IMG/VR virus record: IMGVR_UViG_2515154161_000003
Coordinates: 34,636-98,635 of that record
Length of the DNA stretch: 64,000 bases
Direction: 5' to 3' (one strand)
Source: a virus
Taxonomy: Duplodnaviria; Caudoviricetes
In this document: positions 36,719-45,611 of the stretch, piece after piece
How the letters are laid out: each line of letters starts with the position of its first letter
Position numbering within the stretch: position 1 is the stretch's first letter
The notes under the pieces: generated by a model
What the model saw: the letters and a program-made list of their open reading frames with translations, nothing else
The model's database searches: none
What the model was told of the DNA's origin: nothing
Position numbers and translations under genes: made by a program

Positions 36719-36977
36719 AGCACGGACAAATTCGGTACACAATTTTTAGAAAAATTTTTGGGTTTCGAATTCAAAACAAGGGGTGGGGTACTTCGGATTT
36801 GATTCTGTGAATTTGGTACGAAGTTATTCGCGCTACATCCCTCCCACCCCAGTACAAAGTCCCCACCCCACTTCGGATTTCGTTTTTCGCGTGCCCTTGC
36901 GCGTTCGAAAAAAGCATTCGAACGCTTTGAATTTCTGGTGTGTAGTTTCTCTCAACTCATCTATCCAGGAGTTCATC

Positions 36978-37202
36978 ATGGCCTACGTATCCACCCGCAC
37001 CCACGCCGCAGTCGAGCAAGAAGAAAAGCATCCTTTGAACAAGGAAGCCGTTGCCAATGCTGCGGGCCTACTCATCCGCAATACCGTGGTAGCCACCGTC
37101 ACTACCAGCAAGGCTGTCGGTCAAGGCTTCTGGCAAGGACTGCGTGGCAACGCCTACGTCGAGGAAGAAGTGAAGTCCGCACCACGTCGTACACGGCGCT
37201 AA
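36978..37202 (+). CDS. Early hypothetical protein
   Basis: AGGAG RBS; first rightward gene. Confidence 0.7.
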   Translation: MAYVSTRTHAAVEQEEKHPLNKEAVANAAGLLIRNTVVATVTTSKAVGQGFWQGLRGNAYVEEEVKSAPRRTRR

Positions 37203-37250
37203 GCACATCTCCCGGAGCAATCCGGGCAACCCACCACACAGGGGACTCAC

Positions 37251-37496
37251 ATGAACATGCTCACGTTCCTGTCACATCTGGATCTCATGCCGCTACTTTA
37301 CGGCATCATCATATTCTTAGGTCTGTGGTCGATGTGGCACAAGCTCAGAACCCTGCGACTGGTTTCATTCTGTGTTGAAGCCGGTGTTTTCTGGCTGGTG
37401 TTCAGCCTACACGGCGGCACGATGGCAGGCGGCTTTGCCGCAACCGTAGCAGCGCTACTTGCTGGCCGCATATTCAGACCGAGGAAAAATGTATGA
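37251..37496 (+). CDS. Small multi-TM membrane protein
   Basis: Hydrophobic; LHGGTMAGGFAA. Confidence 0.75.
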   Translation: MNMLTFLSHLDLMPLLYGIIIFLGLWSMWHKLRTLRLVSFCVEAGVFWLVFSLHGGTMAGGFAATVAALLAGRIFRPRKNV

Positions 37497-37684
37497 GCAA
37501 AATCTTCATCAGTGAAGACGATCTGGGCGAGGCAGCCCAGTTCGTGCTGGATCAGGCAGACGAAACGGCTGATCCGCTGCACATTCTGCTGGCACGCGAA
37601 GACGACCCGGACGAAGCGTTCTTCGCCGCGTTGGAAGAACTGCTGCGCGAGCGCCGCGTTCATCGCACCGCCACCTTCCACTAA
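37493..37684 (+). CDS. Small acidic protein
   Basis: ADPLHILLARED; ATGA overlap. Confidence 0.7.
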   Translation: MSKIFISEDDLGEAAQFVLDQADETADPLHILLAREDDPDEAFFAALEELLRERRVHRTATFH

Positions 37685-37760
37685 TCAGTCGCTATCCAGC
37701 CCAAGCGACGACGGACGCTGTACCCGTCACTCATCTCCCGCACATTCGAAAGGAAATACC

Positions 37761-38660
37761 ATGTCTATCAATCTCGACCTGACCACCCTCATCATGGCCC
37801 TGCCTGAACAAGCCCAACGTACCGTGCTCTACGGCCTTGTCGGCTCACTCAATGCCCGCGTCATTGGCTCGTGCGCCCGCATCGTGCAATATGTGGAGCG
37901 CGAAGGCAGTGATGTGAGCACCGAGATCGTCAACGGCTTCGCCAAGACTGCGGAAGACGCACGTCTGCGAGCCGACCTAGGCACCGGACACGACACGTGG
38001 CTGGAACTGCTTGACACCGTTGCACTGCGTGACAACCTGCACGCACTGCTCGCTTCGGTCGTCAATGACGATGAAGTATTGCCCTACTCCGGCACCCTCG
38101 CCTTCATGACCTCGGGCGAGGCACGTGTGCCCAACAAGGAGCAACTCGATGCACTGGTTGCAGCCCTTGCCACACCCGGGCTGACCGCCGAGGTCGTCAC
38201 CACCGTCTACAAGGCGGAGGTGGCCCGCCAACGCGCCGAGATGGCAGCCAAGTCACACAGCATCATGGACGTGCTCACCGCACTGCCTTACCCGGAGGAC
38301 TACGACGAAGAAACCGACTACTTCTGCCGCCTGCCTCATCTCACCCAACTGGCAATTACCAACAAGGCGCTCGATGCACTGAACAAGGCACGCAACAACG
38401 TCGTGGTCGGGATGCTGCAACGTCGCTCATCAGCCAACATCGGGGACATCCCGTTGATCAATGCGGCAATGGGCGAGGTGGACGTCGCCCTCCGCAACGC
38501 CGACAGTGGGCTGGACAACACCACCGCGCAACAGATCGCTGAACAGCAGGTGGCGGAGCACAAAAAAGCAGTGCGTCGTTCAGCCGCAGCGAAGAAAGCC
38601 GCCGCAACACGCAAGCTTACAAGGTGCAAGACCGGCGAGACCGCAACCGTTCCTGCATGA
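37761..38660 (+). CDS. Hypothetical helical protein with basic C-terminal tail
   Basis: AAGGA RBS; RSAAAKKAAATRK. Confidence 0.75.
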   Translation: MSINLDLTTLIMALPEQAQRTVLYGLVGSLNARVIGSCARIVQYVEREGSDVSTEIVNGFAKTAEDARLRADLGTGHDTWLELLDTVALRDNLHALLASVVNDDEVLPYSGTLAFMTSGEARVPNKEQLDALVAALATPGLTAEVVTTVYKAEVARQRAEMAAKSHSIMDVLTALPYPEDYDEETDYFCRLPHLTQLAITNKALDALNKARNNVVVGMLQRRSSANIGDIPLINAAMGEVDVALRNADSGLDNTTAQQIAEQQVAEHKKAVRRSAAAKKAAATRKLTRCKTGETATVPA

Positions 38661-38666
38661 CAGACA

Positions 38667-38691
38667 ACCACTCCGCCTTGTGCGGGGTGGT
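38667..38691 (+). terminator. Probable intrinsic terminator
   Basis: ACCACTCCGC-CTTGT-GCGGGGTGGT followed by TTGTT. Confidence 0.6.
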
Positions 38692-38773
38692 TTGTTCTCA
38701 GGACAAACGACTACGGGACTAAATTCTAATTCGTCCATTCAAAATGCTTTGGGCATAGTGCTAAAAATATGCA

Positions 38774-39075
38774 GTAACAATGTTACGGTTTGTTACGAAA
38801 TTTCAAACCTCTACTGGTAAATATAATTTTTAAGCCATTTTACAGCTCAATTCTCAGTTCTATGTACTAACTCTAAAATTTCATAACAAATCGTAACATC
38901 GTTACAAGTCTTGTGCCACAACGGTTTCCGTGTAGCAAAGTTGTTACAAAATCGCGTTTGTAACGAAATTTCAGCCCTGTTCGGAGCAACCCCGGTCAAC
39001 AGCGAAAATGCGGGTATTTGGTTCGAAAGAACAACAAAGCCAAAATGTAACGATTTTCGGCAAAGATTGTAACAG
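38774..39075. repeat. GTAAC/GTTAC iteron cluster with a 31-bp inverted repeat (putative replication origin)
   Basis: 38774-38804 vs reverse complement of 38875-38905: 27/31 identical; AT-rich spacer; further TGTAAC/TGTTAC copies. Confidence 0.65.
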
Positions 39076-39462
39076 GGATTAAGGGGTGGGTCGGAACGCA
39101 TTTTGCGCCCGTGTTGACGCATAACGCATATTTACACTGAATAACCACTTTTACATGTCGACAATGTTCTCCTGCCCGACACCTCATATGCATTTTGATA
39201 CACCCTAACGGACAGCGGAAAACAATCAAGCTAAGCGATACACTATATTCTGTCCATGTATGCTCATGAACATACGCCCTCCAGCTTCGCGGTTCACTTT
39301 CTGTTGAAGCTTCCAATTTGCACGCATTTCCACTCACAAAGAATTTTGCTTTTGTTTCATATAAATATGAGCGTAGTCGGAGCAGACAAGGCTCAAAACA
39401 AACGTCATCAAACTGCAACATAAAAACCAGTTGCAGGTTATCAACCCTAGAGAGGAAACAGA

Positions 39463-40659
39463 ATGAAACCAAACGATCTGAAGCTGAATGTATTGTCTGC
39501 TGCGCTTTCTGCATCAAACGATACCTATCCGAAATACAAAGATGCAATTCTCAAAATCATGACCTATTCCGCGCAGGTCAAGGGCTATGTACTCCCAGGC
39601 CTGAGTCATGCTGAAAACTGGCCGGGCGGAAAAGATGTTTACGCAAAAACCCAAGAGGATTGGGCCAAAACTACCGGTAGTCTGCGTGCCTGGGCAGTGA
39701 ATGTCCTCGAAGATCTGACCTTTATGCCCGAATACCTGCTTCGCGGCAGCGTATTGATCATCATACCGACCTTGGATGTATGTATCTCGGACGTGGATCG
39801 CTTGATCAAAAACCCGAAAGACCAGCGCTTCAAGCAAGACTTGCTGGACAATCTCAACATCCTTGACGAAAAATTCAAGGGTTATAACGGGCGCATCGAC
39901 ACACTGATCAAGACACTTGAAGATCAGCGCAATGTCTTTGATACCCAGGCAGCACAAATGAGGACAATTGCGGATAACGCAATGAAGACCAAGGGTGTCG
40001 ATCAAAACAAGATCAAGAAACTCAACCAGGAAATCGACCAGCTTCAGGCCGACATCACTGCACGTGCTATAGCAATCGCCGGGGGCAGTGTCGCCGCTAT
40101 TCTGGGTATTGCCATTGGTGTCGTGGGCATTGGACTGGCTGTGGCCACAGGCGGGGTAAGTCTGTTCCTCTTGATCCCTGCTCTACTCATCACTGCAGGT
40201 GGTGCGTACATCATTGCCACCAACGCGATACAGATAGAAGAAGACAAGGCCAAGATCGCTATCGACAGCGCTCATATCACCGAATTGGAAGCTGATGTAG
40301 TGCTGTTGCAGAAGATGTCGGAAACTCTTTCCGGCTTCGCCAATCAAGTTGCCGAAATGAAGACGGCACTCAGCACAATCATTCAGCCGTGGTCGGAAAC
40401 CTCCAAGTATCTCCAGGCATCCATAGCTACTATAAAAGGAATGGAAGAATCTACCAGCGACGACTGGGTCGCAGTGAAAGGGCAACTCGAACTGATCAGA
40501 ACAGGTTGGGACGTGGTCACTGCTACGATGAAGGAAATCACCATCGACGGCAAGATGTACCCGAATGCCAAGCTCGAAATTGGTATGAACGATACACAAG
40601 TCAAACAAGCACTTGATGCGAGCAAGTCGGTAAACATCGTTCAATACCTTGCTGCTTGA
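39463..40659 (+). CDS. HBL/Nhe/ClyA-like alpha pore-forming toxin subunit
   Basis: All-helical heptads flanking a ~50-aa Gly-rich hydrophobic hairpin; conserved-type W in IQPWS; GAGGA RBS. Confidence 0.75.
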   Translation: MKPNDLKLNVLSAALSASNDTYPKYKDAILKIMTYSAQVKGYVLPGLSHAENWPGGKDVYAKTQEDWAKTTGSLRAWAVNVLEDLTFMPEYLLRGSVLIIIPTLDVCISDVDRLIKNPKDQRFKQDLLDNLNILDEKFKGYNGRIDTLIKTLEDQRNVFDTQAAQMRTIADNAMKTKGVDQNKIKKLNQEIDQLQADITARAIAIAGGSVAAILGIAIGVVGIGLAVATGGVSLFLLIPALLITAGGAYIIATNAIQIEEDKAKIAIDSAHITELEADVVLLQKMSETLSGFANQVAEMKTALSTIIQPWSETSKYLQASIATIKGMEESTSDDWVAVKGQLELIRTGWDVVTATMKEITIDGKMYPNAKLEIGMNDTQVKQALDASKSVNIVQYLAA

Positions 40660-40681
40660 TAACTTGACCTTGTAATAGAGT

Positions 40682-40709
40682 AAAAAGCCCTCAGATTTGA
40701 GGGCTTTTT
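40682..40709. terminator. Bidirectional intrinsic terminator
   Basis: AAAAAGCCCTCA-GATT-TGAGGGCTTTTT between convergent genes. Confidence 0.9.
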
Positions 40710-40800
40710 GTTTGTGATTCTGTGAAACAGGAGGCGCCGATAAACTTGCTCCAAAGATGAGAATCTCAGGCCTCCCGTATCCGTACCTTATTGGACAAAA

Positions 40801-41808
40801 TCAAAAAACACCAGTAGCAAGTTCTGTGATTTCGATTGAGAAATCTTGTGTAGGTGTCTCACAGTACTTGCTACCATCAGCATTATCACAGATAAGAGCG
40901 AAACCAAGCCCCCCAAAATTTGCTATATCATTAACATACGCATTGTAATTGTTGCGGGTTGTAAGGCTTGGATCGAGTTCCGTTTTATCCGTGAAAGTTC
41001 TATTAATATGCTGGACTCTCCCATAACTATCAGTATAGGTTATCCAATACGTTTCAGCCCCTTTGGTAACTTGCATCGTAACGTCGTACGTTACATTATC
41101 TGACAGCCAGTGCGTATTTTCTGTAGTGATAGTATTGTTATTAGACCCTATGTCAAAATCGTATCCATAATGCGAAGGCGAAACAGCAGGAGGAACTATC
41201 CAACTTGACGCCATGTTGCAGTAGGACTTATTCAGGCAATATCTCTCGAAAAGTAGATCATTGGCAGAATCAGGGCTTACCGGATCATTAACCTTGAAGA
41301 TCATTCCTCTGCCAACATACTCAACTCCCGATGCTTTAGGAGAGAGAATCATATTGGAACGGGTGAGCACTGCAATATGAGCGCCCGGCACCATTGCCGA
41401 GAAGAAGTTACTGGCTTTAAGTTTGAAGTGTACCCATTGAACATTTCCTACTGCATTCCCATTTCTGGCAAAAATAGGTCCTCCTTCATTACTTATCGCG
41501 TCGTTGTACGTGTTAAACCACCTATTGCCAACGGCATTCTTTCCAAACTTCACCCACCCAAAATCAGAGTAATACTCATTTCTCTCCACGATCCCTGACG
41601 ATTTTATAGACTTAAACTCAACCGTCGTCGGGATACACGGAGATTGTAAATCTATCAAAGAGTCCCCTGAATAATAATTAACACCATTTGATGATGCGAT
41701 ATGGTTGTATATTCCCAAACATCCCGACGAGATTGCGGCCTTTGCTTGAAAACTAAATGTACACAACACCGCGCAGGTCGCCAGAGATAAATATCTATTT
41801 ATAAACAC
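40801..41808 (-). CDS. Cargo: secreted hypothetical protein
   Basis: Sec signal ending AKA|A; three Cys pairs; low GC. Confidence 0.75.
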   Translation of the reverse strand: MFINRYLSLATCAVLCTFSFQAKAAISSGCLGIYNHIASSNGVNYYSGDSLIDLQSPCIPTTVEFKSIKSSGIVERNEYYSDFGWVKFGKNAVGNRWFNTYNDAISNEGGPIFARNGNAVGNVQWVHFKLKASNFFSAMVPGAHIAVLTRSNMILSPKASGVEYVGRGMIFKVNDPVSPDSANDLLFERYCLNKSYCNMASSWIVPPAVSPSHYGYDFDIGSNNNTITTENTHWLSDNVTYDVTMQVTKGAETYWITYTDSYGRVQHINRTFTDKTELDPSLTTRNNYNAYVNDIANFGGLGFALICDNADGSKYCETPTQDFSIEITELATGVF

Positions 41809-42099
41809 TTTTTCTTCCTAACGTTGCAGTTAATAAACTTTTCATGCCATTAAAATACGGAGAAATCCAGCATCACTAGCAAACGAAACACTAAAAAATT
41901 GTCATACAAATGAAATATTCATGATGCTATTTGTCATGTTACCAGACTAACTTAAGTAAATATTTATATCGAATTGGGGATTCCCCTGTAGTTAGAAAGT
42001 ATTAACACCATTCGATGACACACCAACGATTTAAAATCACATATATTTTGGCAAAACAAATACCTGCCACGAGCCACTTCCACTCTGTCCCTATTTTTT

Positions 42100-42132
42100 C
42101 TCCTTGCAGTCTCTAAAACTCTCTGCCAGAGT
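42100..42132 (+). promoter_or_regulatory. Phased operator/promoter upstream of the primase
   Basis: CCTTGCAGT 42102, TCTAAAACT 42112, TCTGCCAGA 42122. Confidence 0.55.
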
Positions 42133-42157
42133 AACAACCCGTTCTACCGGAATCATC

Positions 42158-44560
42158 ATGCCTGCAATCAAGCTGACCTTTCTCTCTGGGAACACGCCCC
42201 TCACCAAGCGGATCGTGAAGAACCTTGACGGTTCAATCACTAAGCACGGATACCCGCATGTGGCGAACTTCACAAGCAGGACTGTGCCAGTCAGCACGCT
42301 GAGGGATTTTCACGTCGCGCTATCTGAGTCTCTAAAGAAATCTAACAAGCCATGCTTGTTGAAAGGCACGATCCAGAAGGATCTGTCCAACGAGTCACGT
42401 GCCAAATCCACGTCCAGCAATACCAGCACGGCATGGGTCTGTTTCGACCTGGACCGTGCCCCGTTTTCCAGCCCTGAAGAATTCATGGCGGCTATCGGGT
42501 TGAAGGATGTCAGTTACATCGTTCAATACAGCGCGAGCTACAAACTCAATGCGAAAGACAGGACGCTCAGCGCCCACATCTTCTGCCTGTTGTCCTCCGC
42601 AATGCAGCCTGGACAACTCAAGGCATGGTTAATGCATTTGAACTTCACGGTCAAGGTACTGCGCAACGCATTGTCCCTGACCAACAGCGCAGGCAGTAAC
42701 ATCCACTATCCGCTGGACATCACGGCCTGCCAGAACGACAAGCTACTCTATATCGCTGAACCCACTTTCGTGGGAATGACCAGTCCGATCAAGGCAACAG
42801 AACGCGTCAAGCTCGCAGCCAAGGACTTGCCGCACATCCCCGTTGAGCGCATCGCCCTAAAACCGCTGGATGCCTTGAACCGGGAACGACGTTCGATCTG
42901 GAACAAGCTCCGCGAAAACGCGGGACTACCCGCCTGCACCGTCAAGATCAAACAGCAAGGGGAATATACCGTCCAGAACGGCCTGGGGCAGATCTCGGGT
43001 TATGAAATCATAGACGACGGCGGAGAGTATATCCGCTACAACCTCGCCCATGCCGATGGCAGCATGGGCGACAGCGCTGCGTACTGGCATCCGCGCACGA
43101 ACTTCGAGCTTCTGCATTCGTTCAAGGGCGAAGACAGCATGCTGATGAAGGAGGTCATGCCAGAGCGCTATGCGGAGCTGACACGTGAACTCAAAGGTGA
43201 GTTGCAATCGGTCAGCGAAGATGGCGATGTAATGCTGGCCTTCCGCAATAGCGAAGACAGCGAATACTACAGTTGCCTGTGGAACGAAGCAGAACACACG
43301 CTGTGGCTCAAACGCGTGAAATCAAAGGACGCGCTCAACGATTGGGTGCTCAGCCACGGGCGCCAGCCTGGGCCATTCATACCGACGTGGCGTATCCACT
43401 TTGATCCGACCACGAATACCGTAGTCAATCTGGATGAGAAAACCATCAACACATTCGTCTTGCCACCACTGCTGCGCAACCATGATGAGACAAAGAGCAA
43501 GACATGGAAGCACATCAAGATACTGGTGACGCATGTACTGGGTAACAACGAGGATTGCGTTGAGCACTTCCTCAATCACCTTGCCGTCGTCTTCCAGACC
43601 CGCCAGAAGCCGGGGACAGCCTGGGTGCTGCATGGCATCTACGGCACAGGCAAAGGGATGTTGGTCAACAACGTACTGCGCGGCATCTTGGGTCAGTACG
43701 TAGCCATCAAACCTGTGGGGCAACTTGAAGACCGCTTCAACGACTGGATTGCCACCGCACTCATCGGCTTCGTCGATGAAATCGAAGTCGATGCATTGGT
43801 CAGCAAGAGTATTGATGGCGATCTGCGCAACATGATTACCGAGCCAACCTTCTCGGTACGTCGTATGCACAGCTCGTCGGTCGAAGTACCGAACTACACG
43901 ATGCTCATCTTCAGTGCGAACAAACCGCAGCCTGTGCGCATCCCGCAAGGAGACCGTCGTTACAACGTTGGTGACTATCAGGCCGTCAAGCTGGAGGTGA
44001 TGCTACTGAGCGAGCACAAGCTGACTACCGCACAGTTTCTGAAACACATCGAGAACGAGCTTGCTGCGTTCACACATTACCTGATGACCCGAAAGGCAGA
44101 CAGACAGCTCGCACGCACCATCATCGAAACGGAAAACAGAAAGCGGATTCAGGAACTTTCCATTACCAGCGTGGAGGAGACCGCCAGGGCCGTCCTCACA
44201 GGAGACATGGAAAGGCTATTCGGTTTCATGCCAGATGAAGCCCTGCTTGAAGAAACCGGGATGGTGAACTTCATCGCCTCGTCCTACGCAACGCTGATCA
44301 AGCGCTGGGGCAAAGAGTCTGTGTCGTACATCAGTCGTGATGAGCTGCAAGTGGTTTTCCAGCACTGCGTGGGCAACATACCAGAAAGTGCAAACAAGTT
44401 TACAAGCTACCTGAGACATCACGACATTGTCATCAAAGCCATTCGGCAAGGCAACCGGGTTTTACGCGGCATCGTTGTCGAGTGGCAACTGACACCGGAG
44501 CTGAAGGCAGAACTCTTTCCACCCAAGCCACCGCTCAAGAAACTCAGAAGCATCAAGTAG
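42158..44560 (+). CDS. Primase-helicase (AEP-like N-terminus plus SF3/D5-type NTPase)
   Basis: WVCFDLD, SAHIF; GIYGTGKG Walker A, FVDE Walker B, DRRY. Confidence 0.85.
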   Translation: MPAIKLTFLSGNTPLTKRIVKNLDGSITKHGYPHVANFTSRTVPVSTLRDFHVALSESLKKSNKPCLLKGTIQKDLSNESRAKSTSSNTSTAWVCFDLDRAPFSSPEEFMAAIGLKDVSYIVQYSASYKLNAKDRTLSAHIFCLLSSAMQPGQLKAWLMHLNFTVKVLRNALSLTNSAGSNIHYPLDITACQNDKLLYIAEPTFVGMTSPIKATERVKLAAKDLPHIPVERIALKPLDALNRERRSIWNKLRENAGLPACTVKIKQQGEYTVQNGLGQISGYEIIDDGGEYIRYNLAHADGSMGDSAAYWHPRTNFELLHSFKGEDSMLMKEVMPERYAELTRELKGELQSVSEDGDVMLAFRNSEDSEYYSCLWNEAEHTLWLKRVKSKDALNDWVLSHGRQPGPFIPTWRIHFDPTTNTVVNLDEKTINTFVLPPLLRNHDETKSKTWKHIKILVTHVLGNNEDCVEHFLNHLAVVFQTRQKPGTAWVLHGIYGTGKGMLVNNVLRGILGQYVAIKPVGQLEDRFNDWIATALIGFVDEIEVDALVSKSIDGDLRNMITEPTFSVRRMHSSSVEVPNYTMLIFSANKPQPVRIPQGDRRYNVGDYQAVKLEVMLLSEHKLTTAQFLKHIENELAAFTHYLMTRKADRQLARTIIETENRKRIQELSITSVEETARAVLTGDMERLFGFMPDEALLEETGMVNFIASSYATLIKRWGKESVSYISRDELQVVFQHCVGNIPESANKFTSYLRHHDIVIKAIRQGNRVLRGIVVEWQLTPELKAELFPPKPPLKKLRSIK

Positions 44561-44585
44561 GCAGAAACCACACAGGACATTTTAT

Positions 44586-45272
44586 ATGGGCGAACAACGC
44601 ATCAGAAGCTGGTCGTACTCCAGGCTTATCGACTTCGAATCCTGCCGCTTCAAGGCATGGTTGAAGTACGGCGCACGCATTCCAGATCCGAGTCCCTCCC
44701 CTGCTGCAGATCGTGGCACAGCCATTCATGCGCTGGCAGAGCAGTTTGTCATGGGGAAGATCAAGACACTTCCTAACGAGTTGGTGAAATTCAAGGATGA
44801 GTTCCTGAGCCTCAAGGCCAAGTACAAACAAAAGACCGTCACGCTTGAAGGCGAATGGGCTTTCGACCAAGACTGGAATATGTGCGACTGGAGAACTGGC
44901 TGGCTCCGGCTCAAAGCAGATGCCACCGTAATGCTCAGCCCCAAGCACGCACTAGTCGTCGACCATAAAACGGGCAAGCGCTTCGGCAACGAAATCAAAC
45001 ATGGCGAACAGGTTCAGCTCTACACCCTTGCCATGTTGCTGCGCATGCCGCAAATCGAAAAGGTCACAACCGAACTCTGGTATCTCGACCTTGATGAGAT
45101 CAGCTCTCTAACGGTATCTCGTGAGCAAGGACTCAGATTCCTCAGAGGCTTCGATTCCCGTGGCCGCAGGATGACCGACGCCACCGAGTTCAGGCCCAAC
45201 CCCAATGCCATCACCTGCCGTTTCTGTCCCTACGGTCCTCGCGGCACCGGCCACTGCAAATCAGGAGTTTGA
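44586..45272 (+). CDS. PD-(D/E)XK (Cas4/RecB-like) exonuclease
   Basis: WSYSRL..FESC, RGTAIH, KAD...VVDHKTG, Q..LY, CRFC...C. Confidence 0.9.
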   Translation: MGEQRIRSWSYSRLIDFESCRFKAWLKYGARIPDPSPSPAADRGTAIHALAEQFVMGKIKTLPNELVKFKDEFLSLKAKYKQKTVTLEGEWAFDQDWNMCDWRTGWLRLKADATVMLSPKHALVVDHKTGKRFGNEIKHGEQVQLYTLAMLLRMPQIEKVTTELWYLDLDEISSLTVSREQGLRFLRGFDSRGRRMTDATEFRPNPNAITCRFCPYGPRGTGHCKSGV

Positions 45273-45273
45273 C

Positions 45274-45402
45274 ATGCTGAACACGTTTTTGGCTGTTGGA
45301 GGTTTTTGCGTCGTTGTAGGTGCGATCAAGTTTTTCTACGAAATCTGGCGCATTCGTCGGGCCTACGAACGCTGCATCCGTGAGGGATGGATCAAGGAAT
45401 GA
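45274..45402 (+). CDS. Small membrane protein
   Basis: AGGAG RBS; single TM. Confidence 0.55.
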   Translation: MLNTFLAVGGFCVVVGAIKFFYEIWRIRRAYERCIREGWIKE

Positions 45403-45611
45403 CGGCCCGCTGTCACGCACAAACAAAACGCAAAACGCGTTGTTCCAGGAATGCTACCCATGAACGCCAAGGATGCCCGGTCTGTGAAGCCCACTTCCAT
45501 AACCCCCACTTTGTACGCGCACCAGAAACAGTCGGTAAAGTTCATGAAGCCTCGGCTCGAAGTTTTCGATATGAGCGATCCAGGGACGGGAAAAACCGGC
45601 TGCGAGATTGA
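45399..45611 (+). CDS. Small CCCH zinc-finger protein overlapping the helicase
   Basis: RCHAQTKRKTRCSRNA...CPVCEAH; ATGA coupling to the previous gene. Confidence 0.55.
   Translation: MTARCHAQTKRKTRCSRNATHERQGCPVCEAHFHNPHFVRAPETVGKVHEASARSFRYERSRDGKNRLRD

Noticed and set aside
38774-39075. CRISPR array
   Set aside because: Repeats are short, inverted and irregularly spaced; no cas operon (the Cas4-like nuclease at 44586 is an ordinary phage replication gene)
38996-39547. 183-aa minus-strand ORF
   Set aside because: Overlaps the iteron region and the toxin start; atypical composition
41899-41937. Pho box-like TTGTCAT repeats
   Set aside because: Second half-site is poor, the orientation is opposite to the nearest gene, and the region is AT-rich
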